DNA from: an uncultured Clostridium sp.
GTDB lineage: Bacteria; Bacillota; Clostridia; TANB77; CAG-508
Length of the DNA stretch: 35,670 bases
Assembly (NCBI GenBank): GCA_946497905.1
Contig: CAMMMI010000003.1
Span: forward strand, 1-35,670
Reading direction: 5' to 3'
The translations under genes and the position numbers were made by a program. Below the pieces are notes generated by a model. It was not told the origin of the DNA. It did not search any database and saw only the letters and a program-made list of their open reading frames with translations. Of this stretch, positions 9,001-17,467 are shown one piece after another; position 1 is the stretch's first letter; each line of letters starts with the position of its first letter.

Positions 9001-9522
9001 TTAGTTCTCTTTATTTTTATCATTCTTATTTTTTATTTTATTTTTGCTATAATCATTATTTTTAGTATATCTTTTTATTGGATTGTTATTTTCTAATATA
9101 ATATTTAAAGCATTTGTTAAATTGTCTTTAAATAAATATTTAACAATAACTCTAACTAATACATATATTTCCGCTATACCACCAGTTATAAATAGATTAA
9201 AACTTGAATCTGAATAATTTAAAATTTCTAATCCTTTTAATATAAAAATAACTGTGAGTGCAAATAATTCAAAAGATAAAATTATTATTAATATTACTGC
9301 ATATTTTTGTCTTAATTTTTGATCTTTATAAATGTTATCTGTAAACAGGTCTACTATTTTATCATTCATATCCCATTTTTTATTTATTTCATTTATTGGT
9401 CTTATATTTTCATTAGTATTCTCGTTCAACTTTGATACTTTATCTTTTGAATCAAAAATTTTTTTTATATTTTCTTTGGCGTTTTCTTTATTTTTTGCAG
9501 GAATACTTATATTTTTACTCAC
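9001..9522 (-). CDS. Two-TM membrane protein coupled to the ImmA-like gene
   Basis: Start overlaps the upstream stop; two hydrophobic segments; Lys/Asn-rich tails. Confidence 0.75.
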   Translation of the reverse strand: MSKNISIPAKNKENAKENIKKIFDSKDKVSKLNENTNENIRPINEINKKWDMNDKIVDLFTDNIYKDQKLRQKYAVILIIILSFELFALTVIFILKGLEILNYSDSSFNLFITGGIAEIYVLVRVIVKYLFKDNLTNALNIILENNNPIKRYTKNNDYSKNKIKNKNDKNKEN

Positions 9523-10007
9523 TATAACAATCCTAGCGTATTAAGCCTTAGCGTCATAGAAGAAACAGAAACATGAAATAATTCTGCCAATTCTAATATT
9601 GTACTGTTTGAATTATATACACTTTCTAAAAGTGTTTTATTAATAAGTAGAGCTCCTGCAAAATATTCTACTTCTTTTTCTTCTTCATTAATTTCTTTAT
9701 CTATCAAATTTATATGAATTTCTTCTTCTTTTATTTTTTCTTCATATAATATATAATATCCCAATTCTTCTGCTATCGTAAATCTTTGCTTAACTTTTGC
9801 ATCATTTTTATTTACTAATATTTTAAACTCATCTTTTTCTTTATAATATCTTATTGCTCCTGATATCTTATTATCTAATTCTCCTTCATATACAGATATA
9901 TCATACGTTCTTGCTATTTTTACTGGGTCTACAGGGATATTATACATATCGTTGTTTATTAAGATTCTTGAAGTTAAATTTTCTAGCTTTTCATTTATTT
10001 TGCTCAT
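9522..10007 (-). CDS. ImmA/IrrE (DUF955) metallopeptidase-like protein with degenerate Zn site
   Basis: IPVDPVKIA, ISGAI, ILVN, QRFTIAEELGY (HExxH lost), EVEYFAGALLI, LAELFHVS. Confidence 0.8.
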   Translation of the reverse strand: MSKINEKLENLTSRILINNDMYNIPVDPVKIARTYDISVYEGELDNKISGAIRYYKEKDEFKILVNKNDAKVKQRFTIAEELGYYILYEEKIKEEEIHINLIDKEINEEEKEVEYFAGALLINKTLLESVYNSNSTILELAELFHVSVSSMTLRLNTLGLL

Positions 10008-10308
10008 ATAAATCCCTCCTCTGTATTATATGTTTTTCTACGTTTATTATTACTAACTGCATATATTATATATTATTGTTTTTTATAAATCAAGACTGTT
10101 TTTAGCTTATTTTTTTAGAAAGTTATATTATTATGTATATTTTGTTTTAATTTTTTGTTAAAAATAAAAAGATTGAAATATCAACGAAACTCAACCTTTC
10201 AAAATCAACTTTAAGCCTTTTTTATTTTGAATTAATATACTTATATACCTTGATTTTTGGCTATTTTTCAGTATTTTTAAATTTTTTTTAACTTTTTTAA
10301 AAAAGCTA

Positions 10309-10338
10309 TTGACAATTACGTATTGTACGTAGTATAAT
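10309..10338 (+). promoter_or_regulatory. SigA promoter of hicAB with palindromic operator in the spacer
   Basis: TTGACA-18 nt-TATAAT; the spacer contains TACGTA-ttg-TACGTA. Confidence 0.8.
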
Positions 10339-10361
10339 GTAATTGTTAGGAGGAAAATGTC

Positions 10362-10545
10362 ATGACATTTCGTGAGTTAGAGAAATTGTTAATCTCTAAT
10401 GGCTGGTACCATCATCATACTAACGGTTCACATTACATATACAGAAACAATGACATCAAACGGTAGTATACCAGTACCACGTCATAAAGGAGATATTCCA
10501 AAAGGTACTCTTAACAGTATTTTAAAACAAGCTGGGTTGAAATAG
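10362..10545 (+). CDS. hicA: HicA toxin, 60 aa; +1 shift at CGG 10461-10463
   Basis: MTFRELEKLLISNGWYHHHTNGSHYIYRNNDIK-[C]-GSIPVPRHKGDIPKGTLNSILKQAGLK. GSH and VPxH motifs; SD AGGAGG. Missed by the ORF track. Confidence 0.88.
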
Positions 10546-10581
10546 ACCCTTGCTTGTGAATATTTTGGGAGGTATTTAGTT

Positions 10582-11016
10582 ATGAAAGTTATTTATCCAG
10601 TTTTGTTTTATGAAGAAAAAGAAAATGGCTATTCCGTCTTTGTTCCAGATTTAAATAATACTTCTACTTGTGGTAGCACTTTAGAAGAAGCTATGTATAT
10701 GGCGGAGGATTTAATAGCTGGAATTGTATTAGATGAAATGGAAGAAGGAAACAAAATACCAGTCGAAAGTAGAATTGAAGATGTAACATTTGAAGAATTA
10801 GAAAAAACATTAGATATAGAAAATTGGGATTATATTTCTAAATTTAAAACATATATAGCAGTAGACATAAGCTCTTTTGCTGAAAAATGGGGAAAAGAAT
10901 TAATTAAAAAGACTGTAAATATTCCTAAATGGGTAAATACTAAAGCTGAAGATTTAAAAATAAATTTTTCAAAAACTTTAGAAGAAGCATTACTACAAAA
11001 AATTTATAAAGAATAA
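10582..11016 (+). CDS. hicB: HicB antitoxin
   Basis: YPVLF...GYSVFVPDL...TCGSTLEEAMYMAED; C-terminal RHH KKTVNIPKWVN...INFSKTLEEAL. Confidence 0.92.
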   Translation: MKVIYPVLFYEEKENGYSVFVPDLNNTSTCGSTLEEAMYMAEDLIAGIVLDEMEEGNKIPVESRIEDVTFEELEKTLDIENWDYISKFKTYIAVDISSFAEKWGKELIKKTVNIPKWVNTKAEDLKINFSKTLEEALLQKIYKE

Positions 11017-11020
11017 TTTT

Positions 11021-11050
11021 CTAGACTAGAATTTAATCTAGTCTAGTTTT
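11021..11050. terminator. Bidirectional terminator between hicB and the endolysin
   Basis: CTAGACTAGA-atttaa-TCTAGTCTAG followed by TTTT. Confidence 0.75.
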
Positions 11051-11088
11051 ATTCTACTACATTTATTCTAAATGCTTCTAATCTTAAG

Positions 11089-11829
11089 CTATTTTACTCC
11101 ACCAGTCCATTTAGCAAAACCTATCTTGTAATTAGATGTTCCGTCTACTTTATATCTCACCATTGGTCTATTATTAAATATTCCGAAACAATCACATTGC
11201 TCATATGGACTTAAGTATCCTATTTGTTTTGTTAAACTTGTATCTGCATATATATATTCTTTTGTTGAACCATTCTTATATGTTCTCACTGGTTCATCAC
11301 TCCCTCCTTCTTGAACTACTACTGTTGTAGCAGGTTGTCCTAATTTATTTGCTACATCATTTTTGAATTGTATCCAAACGCTTTCATTTCTTACATAGTA
11401 ACGTGGACATTCTTTTCCTGTTACATCGTAATGCCTTATTATATTATTCACAGATAAATTATATCTTCTACAAATATCAGCACATAATTCTACTAAACTA
11501 TTATATGTAGCATCATTAAACTTACCGCCCCAATCTGGGTGACAATCTTCTATTCCTATGCTCTTTCTATTCATGCTGTAAGAGCCACTATGAAAAGCCA
11601 CTTCATTTTCTGGAATACATCTTATTATTTCTCCTTGCAGTCCTATGATATAATGAGAACTTGCAGATGTTTTATGAGAATTTGCTAAAGAATTAAAATA
11701 GTTTCTATTTCCTATAGCAGAGCTTCCTGCATTTCCTACCCAATGAACTACTATATATTGAATTGTATTTTGTTTTTCTCCACTTCTGCAATATGAACTT
11801 ACAGTTAAAAGATTTTCTTGAATATTCAT
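11089..11829 (-). CDS. Endolysin, N-acetylmuramoyl-L-alanine amidase (Amidase_2)
   Basis: IVVHWVG, ASSHYII, AFHSG, SIGIE and RHYDVTGKECP motifs. Confidence 0.92.
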   Translation of the reverse strand: MNIQENLLTVSSYCRSGEKQNTIQYIVVHWVGNAGSSAIGNRNYFNSLANSHKTSASSHYIIGLQGEIIRCIPENEVAFHSGSYSMNRKSIGIEDCHPDWGGKFNDATYNSLVELCADICRRYNLSVNNIIRHYDVTGKECPRYYVRNESVWIQFKNDVANKLGQPATTVVVQEGGSDEPVRTYKNGSTKEYIYADTSLTKQIGYLSPYEQCDCFGIFNNRPMVRYKVDGTSNYKIGFAKWTGGVK

Positions 11830-11903
11830 TATTCATTCGCCTCCCCTAAGTTGTCTTGTTCAGCTAAATCTGTTACTTCTTCTATAACTTCATTATCTTC
11901 CAT
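11829..11903 (-). CDS. 24-aa acidic peptide between holin and endolysin
   Basis: MEDNEVIEEVTDLAEQDNLGEANE; SD AAGGAGGAG; stop overlaps the endolysin start. Confidence 0.4.
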   Translation of the reverse strand: MEDNEVIEEVTDLAEQDNLGEANE

Positions 11904-11905
11904 TA

Positions 11906-12160
11906 TTACTCCTCCTTGTTTTTAATATTAATTAAATCTGCTACTCCACCTGCTCCCATTGTTGCAACTATACATAATACAATTGCTTGTAATAAGTCTG
12001 ATTCTATTCCTGTAAAATAACAGATTATAGCACTAATTACACCAATAACAACGTTTTGTATTGGTATATACTTGTTTGGTATGCTATCTATAAATATTTT
12101 TGTTATAGCTCCAAAAATATAAGCAATTATTGCTATTATTATTACATATGTTATTTCCAT
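11906..12160 (-). CDS. Phage holin
   Basis: 84 aa, three hydrophobic helices, IPNKYIP motif, adjacent to the endolysin. Confidence 0.8.
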   Translation of the reverse strand: MEITYVIIIAIIAYIFGAITKIFIDSIPNKYIPIQNVVIGVISAIICYFTGIESDLLQAIVLCIVATMGAGGVADLINIKNKEE

Positions 12161-12176
12161 AAAATAGTTACTCCTT

Positions 12177-12473
12177 TCAATCTATTCCAATTTTTGCTAA
12201 AACAAAAGTTACTATTGCTGTAATAACAACAGAAACTATTGTGCCCACTAAACTAAACATTCGTTGTCTAGGTTGGTCTTTTATTCCTTCTACATCTTTT
12301 TCAATAGATGTTACTTTTTCTTTTAAATTGTTTATATCTTTTGTATTTTCTTTTGTGTTGTTATAAGCTCTATAACATATATCTTCTATCTTTTTATAAT
12401 CATCTAATTTGCTTTCTATAACTGCTAAGCGAGTTAATACTTGTATTTCAAAGCTTTCTTCTTTATTTTCCAT
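12177..12473 (-). CDS. XhlA-like lysis-module membrane protein
   Basis: Coiled coil plus C-terminal TM helix, upstream of the holin. Confidence 0.6.
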   Translation of the reverse strand: MENKEESFEIQVLTRLAVIESKLDDYKKIEDICYRAYNNTKENTKDINNLKEKVTSIEKDVEGIKDQPRQRMFSLVGTIVSVVITAIVTFVLAKIGID

Positions 12474-12664
12474 TATTGTTCCTCGCTTTCTTTAGTTTCT
12501 TCTACAACTTTATAAACATCTTCTACTTTTAAAGTTAAATTTGTGTATTCTTCATCACTTATTTTACTCATTGCATAAAATACGTCTAATTTGTTTTGTA
12601 TTTCTTCTTTGTTTTCGTAGTATTTTTTAGTGATTAAATTTTCTAATAATGTTGCTATATCCAT
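12473..12664 (-). CDS. XkdX-like small protein
   Basis: KLDVFYAMSKISDEEY motif; follows the tail fibre gene. Confidence 0.55.
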   Translation of the reverse strand: MDIATLLENLITKKYYENKEEIQNKLDVFYAMSKISDEEYTNLTLKVEDVYKVVEETKESEEQ

Positions 12665-12665
12665 C

Positions 12666-14492
12666 TTATAACACCTCACTTTCTAAATCGGTTTGTAGGT
12701 TATCTAATAACATAGCACTTGTATTAGCTGTGCTTAGTAATTCATTTATTGTGTTTAATTGTTTTTGCATATTAGTTACTTTGTTATCTATATATGTCTT
12801 TGTATCTGCTATATATTCCATTTCCACTTCTGCATTATCTGTAAATACATTTGTTACTGTCTTGTATGTTTTTGCGTTTTGAAGTTGATTATATGCTTCT
12901 TGTTGTTCTTCTGTGTATGGTTCAATCTCTTCTTCTGCTAATTCGTATTCAAGTATAACTGGTGTACCATTTGCTTTTTGTTGTGATAAGAAAGATTTAA
13001 AACTTTCAATACATTTTTCGTTTGTACTTGTATCAGCAAGTTTATCTATCTCTATTCTTATTCTAAAGCCTCCAACACCATTAAACCAAAAACACGGTTC
13101 ATCAATATCTGCTCCATTTATTTTTCCTTTAAAATGCGTACAAAGAGCTTTTATGCTATCGGTTCCAGTGCTTGCATATCCTCTAAAATCATTTAGCAAA
13201 AGATTTACCGTTTTTGTTTTTTTATTTCCAAAAGTCCAATTTTCAGTACCATTTAACTCAATTTGCTTTTTAACATGGTGTATTCCGTCATCTGCTAAAT
13301 AATCGCCTTCATACATTTTTTGACCCTCTGCAAGTGTAAAGATATATTCTTGATTATCAATTTTTATTTCTGTTTCTGTAGAATTTGCTTCTAATAACGA
13401 TATTCTTGCTTCTAAAGACACATTGTTGTTTGCTGATACAGACAAAAAACTTCTAAGCAACATAGTTGTATCATCAAAATTTGCTCTACTCGTTATAATT
13501 TTTTCAAATTTTGCAGTTTTAAATTGACTAATTTGAAAATATGTTAAAAAAGCTTCAAAAATAGTACTTCCTGACACACAAAAGAAACCTCTTTCTGTAG
13601 TTTGTGATATACTTGCATTTCTAATTTCAACTAACAATTTATATTGTGTATTTGCCTTTATTTTGTTTTTAAATTTACTAAATTTAATAAATGAGTTCAC
13701 ATAGAGAGTTGAAGAAGTTGCATTGTTTAATGAGTATTTTCCCCAGCCATCTTCCAAAGGGGTAAAACCAGCAGAAGTAGTGTGCCAAAAAGATTTATCT
13801 GTTATTGGTGTCGCATATCCATTTAATGCCAAATTTTCGTTACATACTGTTATATCTATATCTCCTGTAACATTTTCAATATTAACTGGTGCTTTTGATG
13901 TCGGTTCGCCATTTTGTATTGAATTTCCAAAAACATTTATTTTCGCATTTTGTCCACTTGCGTCTTGCACGTTTATATTGCTAGATTTTTCTGTTGTTAT
14001 ATGTATTTGATTGTCGTCTAGTTGCTCGATTTTTTGGTTTTGGGTGGCTTGTTCTGCTTGAATTTCTGCTATATCTTCTTTTATTTCTGTGTCATCATAG
14101 TTGTTTAATCCTTCTAATTTTGTTTTTAATTCTGCTGTGAAATCTTCTGTACTTAACCCTTTTCCTTCTACTTTATCAACTTTGTTTGCAATGTTTTGCT
14201 TATTTGTTTCGTTGTCTGCTTTTAAAGTATTTATATCCTGCTTGTTTGTTGTGTTATCTGTTTCTAGTGCAGTTACTCTATTTTTTAAGCTTGTTATATC
14301 TCCACTTGCTGTGCCTTGTCCACTTTGCAAATCTTCTATATTTTGCTGTGCTGTTGTTAATTCATCTGCGTTGTTGTTTACTACACTTTTTATTTCGTTC
14401 ATATCTTCATCTAGCACTTTGTTTTTATCTGGTACATTAGGGTCATTTTGTAGACCGATTTTATCTTCATAATCTATTTTTTGTACTGACAT
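12666..14492 (-). CDS. Tail fibre / receptor-binding protein
   Basis: N-terminal coiled coil, KVDKVEGKGLSTEDFT motif, beta-rich central domain; last gene of the tail module. Confidence 0.7.
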   Translation of the reverse strand: MSVQKIDYEDKIGLQNDPNVPDKNKVLDEDMNEIKSVVNNNADELTTAQQNIEDLQSGQGTASGDITSLKNRVTALETDNTTNKQDINTLKADNETNKQNIANKVDKVEGKGLSTEDFTAELKTKLEGLNNYDDTEIKEDIAEIQAEQATQNQKIEQLDDNQIHITTEKSSNINVQDASGQNAKINVFGNSIQNGEPTSKAPVNIENVTGDIDITVCNENLALNGYATPITDKSFWHTTSAGFTPLEDGWGKYSLNNATSSTLYVNSFIKFSKFKNKIKANTQYKLLVEIRNASISQTTERGFFCVSGSTIFEAFLTYFQISQFKTAKFEKIITSRANFDDTTMLLRSFLSVSANNNVSLEARISLLEANSTETEIKIDNQEYIFTLAEGQKMYEGDYLADDGIHHVKKQIELNGTENWTFGNKKTKTVNLLLNDFRGYASTGTDSIKALCTHFKGKINGADIDEPCFWFNGVGGFRIRIEIDKLADTSTNEKCIESFKSFLSQQKANGTPVILEYELAEEEIEPYTEEQQEAYNQLQNAKTYKTVTNVFTDNAEVEMEYIADTKTYIDNKVTNMQKQLNTINELLSTANTSAMLLDNLQTDLESEVL

Positions 14493-14510
14493 GTTTTCCT
14501 CCTTTATTAA

Positions 14511-14972
14511 TTAGGTATCTTTACGGTTCTTGTATCCAACGACTTTGAAAACTCTGATAAAACCTTGGTAATCTATGCTTGTTTGAACTGTGTTTCCGTT
14601 GAATACTGAATTATAAAAATGTACAACATTAAGCTTATTCTCTAAAATTTGATATTCTTGTCCATCTTTATACACGTTAACACTTCCTATTTTAGTAGTT
14701 TCTAATGTGACATATTTTTCGTGTGGTTTCATGACTTTTACACAACTAAAAATCCTTTCTCCATTTCCAGAGCTTCTATCGTTATCAAAATATATTTCAA
14801 TTTCATCGTAATTTTCAACTGTTTCACTTAAAGTTATATCTCCATTTGTTCCAACTTCATTTTTATATAAAATTTCTCCTTCTATTGCTTCTTCAATATT
14901 ATCTTGTAATGCTTCTAAAGTTTGTTCTGAGATTGCTGGTGCCTGTAAATTTTTAAAATCTATTTTTTTCAT
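14511..14972 (-). CDS. Tail-associated protein
   Basis: Position in tail module; ITLSETVENYDEIEIYF and KVVGYK motifs. Confidence 0.55.
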   Translation of the reverse strand: MKKIDFKNLQAPAISEQTLEALQDNIEEAIEGEILYKNEVGTNGDITLSETVENYDEIEIYFDNDRSSGNGERIFSCVKVMKPHEKYVTLETTKIGSVNVYKDGQEYQILENKLNVVHFYNSVFNGNTVQTSIDYQGFIRVFKVVGYKNRKDT

Positions 14973-14975
14973 TTT

Positions 14976-15911
14976 TTAACCTCTTTCATATTTAATGCTT
15001 AAGTTTAATTTTCCATATTCGTTGTTTTTAAGTTCTCTATATTGTGTGTAATACGTTCCTGTATCCTCAAGTTCGTATTCTTCTGAGCTTGGGTCTGGAT
15101 ATACAATTCTATACATTTTAAATTTATAAATTAATAAGTTAGCTGTTGGAGTTTGAGGGTATAAATCCTCACGTGGGTATAAGTCCTCACGAGGATATAA
15201 ATCGTTATTTTTGTAATTGTAAAAGTCCTCTGTTATATTTATAATTCCAGTTTCTCCTTTTGAGATTGTTAAATCCTCTGCTAAATATTCATTTACAAAT
15301 TTATAAGGCAAAACTCCAAATCCCATGCTATGCAATTTAGGAATTATTGTTTGATAATTCATACCTAAAAGTTCAAGAAATCCTCTCCCCGTTAGATGAT
15401 AAGGTGCTTTTAGTCTTTTTGAATTTGCCCAAAAATGCATATCACTACTGATTTTATCTACTCTGCTAATGATTACAGGTTGATTGTCTTGAATTATTAT
15501 GTTGTATTTTGAAATATCTAAATAAGCATATAAAACATAGTCTTGCTTCTCATTATCCCAATTTCCAAACCCTATTTCTTTTATTTTCTGTTCTGTAAAA
15601 TCTTCCAAATAAGGATAACCAACAACAGGGTCTTTATAAAAATATTTATTTACTATATTGCTTCCTGTTAAAATTTCTATGTTACTTGCAAAATCTGCTA
15701 ATAATATTGTGTCATATTGCATTGTTGTTGAATTTTCATCTATTCCTAAATTGCTTTTCGTAAAATTTACAAAGCAATATGGTAAATTCTTTTCTTTAAA
15801 ACTTAAAAAGCTATCTGCAAATAAATCTAGATAGCTATTCATTATTAAATTCGTAAATGTTTTTGTTTTGTTTCCAATTTTAATTGAAACTTCCTCATTT
15901 TTGATTTTCAT
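14976..15911 (-). CDS. Tail/baseplate protein with DLYP repeats
   Basis: Position; DLYPREDLYPREDLYP encoded by 18-bp tandem repeats at ~15157-15203. Confidence 0.55.
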   Translation of the reverse strand: MKIKNEEVSIKIGNKTKTFTNLIMNSYLDLFADSFLSFKEKNLPYCFVNFTKSNLGIDENSTTMQYDTILLADFASNIEILTGSNIVNKYFYKDPVVGYPYLEDFTEQKIKEIGFGNWDNEKQDYVLYAYLDISKYNIIIQDNQPVIISRVDKISSDMHFWANSKRLKAPYHLTGRGFLELLGMNYQTIIPKLHSMGFGVLPYKFVNEYLAEDLTISKGETGIINITEDFYNYKNNDLYPREDLYPREDLYPQTPTANLLIYKFKMYRIVYPDPSSEEYELEDTGTYYTQYRELKNNEYGKLNLSIKYERG

Positions 15912-15913
15912 TT

Positions 15914-17467
15914 TTAACCTCGTAAAATAAAGTTTAATGTATTGTTATAGTCTTCATCTAATTTAACTTCATGTGTTTCTGTTATTGTTTCTTCTTCTAC
16001 ATATTCTATAACATATTCTAATTCTGTCTGGCTTTGTTGTTCTTCTATATCACTAGAACTTCTAAATAAATCTATAAAGTTTTCTAGTAGATTTGTATTT
16101 CTTAGTTCTATATTATATTGAAATGGGTTGCACCACTCTTTGCTACTTTTTATTCCTGTAACAATAAAATCTCCCTGCATATAATACTCGGGAAGGTTAA
16201 ATGTTAGTTTGTCCCCAATTTCAACGTCAACTGTTTCTTTTGTTTTTATGTTGATTTGATTAGTATATTTTTCATTATTCTTTAATGTACTTCTTACATA
16301 ATCTACTAATTCTTCTACTGTAAACCAGCCTTGTTCTACGTCTAAGACCTTTTCAATTTGCCCAGAAGGTGTTATTTTGCCTTCGTTTTGCTCTATTTCG
16401 TGCCAATTTATTAATTTCATATTTGCATATCTAAGATATGTTTGACTAGATATTCCTTTAATTGTTACTGAGCCTTCGCCTTTATAGGTGATTCCTGTTG
16501 CTAAATTCTTAAAAGTGCTATCTGTTGTTAATACAAACTTTGAACCTGTGCTATCATCTGTTGCTATATCTTTATAATTACTTCCAGGCTGAACTTGTCC
16601 GCTTGTATTAAAACCGCTTACAATATAAGCTTCCTGATTATTGTTATAATAAACAGATAAATTAGTAACAGCAACAGAAGCACCTTGTTCTATTAAATTA
16701 GCTTCTATTCTTTGTGCTGTAGCTAAACTTATATCAATAGGATTTTCAAAGTCTAATCTATCTCCATTGCTTAAAGTTATATTCAATCCTTCTGTTTGAA
16801 ATTTGCTATAAAATATTCTTGCATTTTTTACATTTATTATATTTGCATAATCTATATTCTCAACCGAAGGAGATATGCTTATTAATCCTGAAATTTGTTC
16901 TTTATAGTTATCTATATCTATTATTTTTTTTGCTTCTTTATTTAGCATGTAATCGATACTGTTTATTGTAATTGCTTTTAATTCGTCAATATTCCAATAT
17001 AAGGAATACTTATTAGATAAGTAATTAAGAACTTCCTCTACTGTTCTACTAATTAAATTAACAGTTATGACTTTGTCTTCTATATTTATTTCTTTAAATG
17101 TAAATCCATCTTGATAAAGAGGTGCTAATGTTTGAGTAATAATGTCACTCATTTTAGCTGTTCTCATTATTGTTACTGTTCTTTTTGTAGCCATTTGTCT
17201 AGGACTAAATAAAGACAAACTTAATCTTTTTGTACTTGTATTAACATCTTTTAATTCAGGCAATTTATAATTAGATACAAAGCCTGTAAAAATTAAGTTG
17301 TTTTCTTTGTTGTAAATTTGTACTTCTTGTTGTGCATATGGTAAGTCATCTATTGTAGAATTAGTAAAGTCTAGTGTTAGATCACTATATGTAACTTCAC
17401 GACTAGACTTGTTTGTATCTATACTATCTATTAATTTGTATTCTTTGTTATTAAATTTTGCTATCAT
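15914..17467 (-). CDS. Tail tip / baseplate hub-like protein
   Basis: 517 aa directly after the tape measure gene. Confidence 0.55.
   Translation of the reverse strand: MIAKFNNKEYKLIDSIDTNKSSREVTYSDLTLDFTNSTIDDLPYAQQEVQIYNKENNLIFTGFVSNYKLPELKDVNTSTKRLSLSLFSPRQMATKRTVTIMRTAKMSDIITQTLAPLYQDGFTFKEINIEDKVITVNLISRTVEEVLNYLSNKYSLYWNIDELKAITINSIDYMLNKEAKKIIDIDNYKEQISGLISISPSVENIDYANIINVKNARIFYSKFQTEGLNITLSNGDRLDFENPIDISLATAQRIEANLIEQGASVAVTNLSVYYNNNQEAYIVSGFNTSGQVQPGSNYKDIATDDSTGSKFVLTTDSTFKNLATGITYKGEGSVTIKGISSQTYLRYANMKLINWHEIEQNEGKITPSGQIEKVLDVEQGWFTVEELVDYVRSTLKNNEKYTNQINIKTKETVDVEIGDKLTFNLPEYYMQGDFIVTGIKSSKEWCNPFQYNIELRNTNLLENFIDLFRSSSDIEEQQSQTELEYVIEYVEEETITETHEVKLDEDYNNTLNFILRG

Noticed and set aside
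10200-10258. aaaatcaa...ttgatttt inverted repeat between the ImmA-like gene and hicA
   Set aside because: Only 8 bp and AT-rich; no function can be supported from the sequence.
15157-15203. 18-bp tandem repeat as CRISPR or DGR element
   Set aside because: In-frame coding repeat (DLYPRE) with no spacers and no cas or reverse transcriptase gene in the window.
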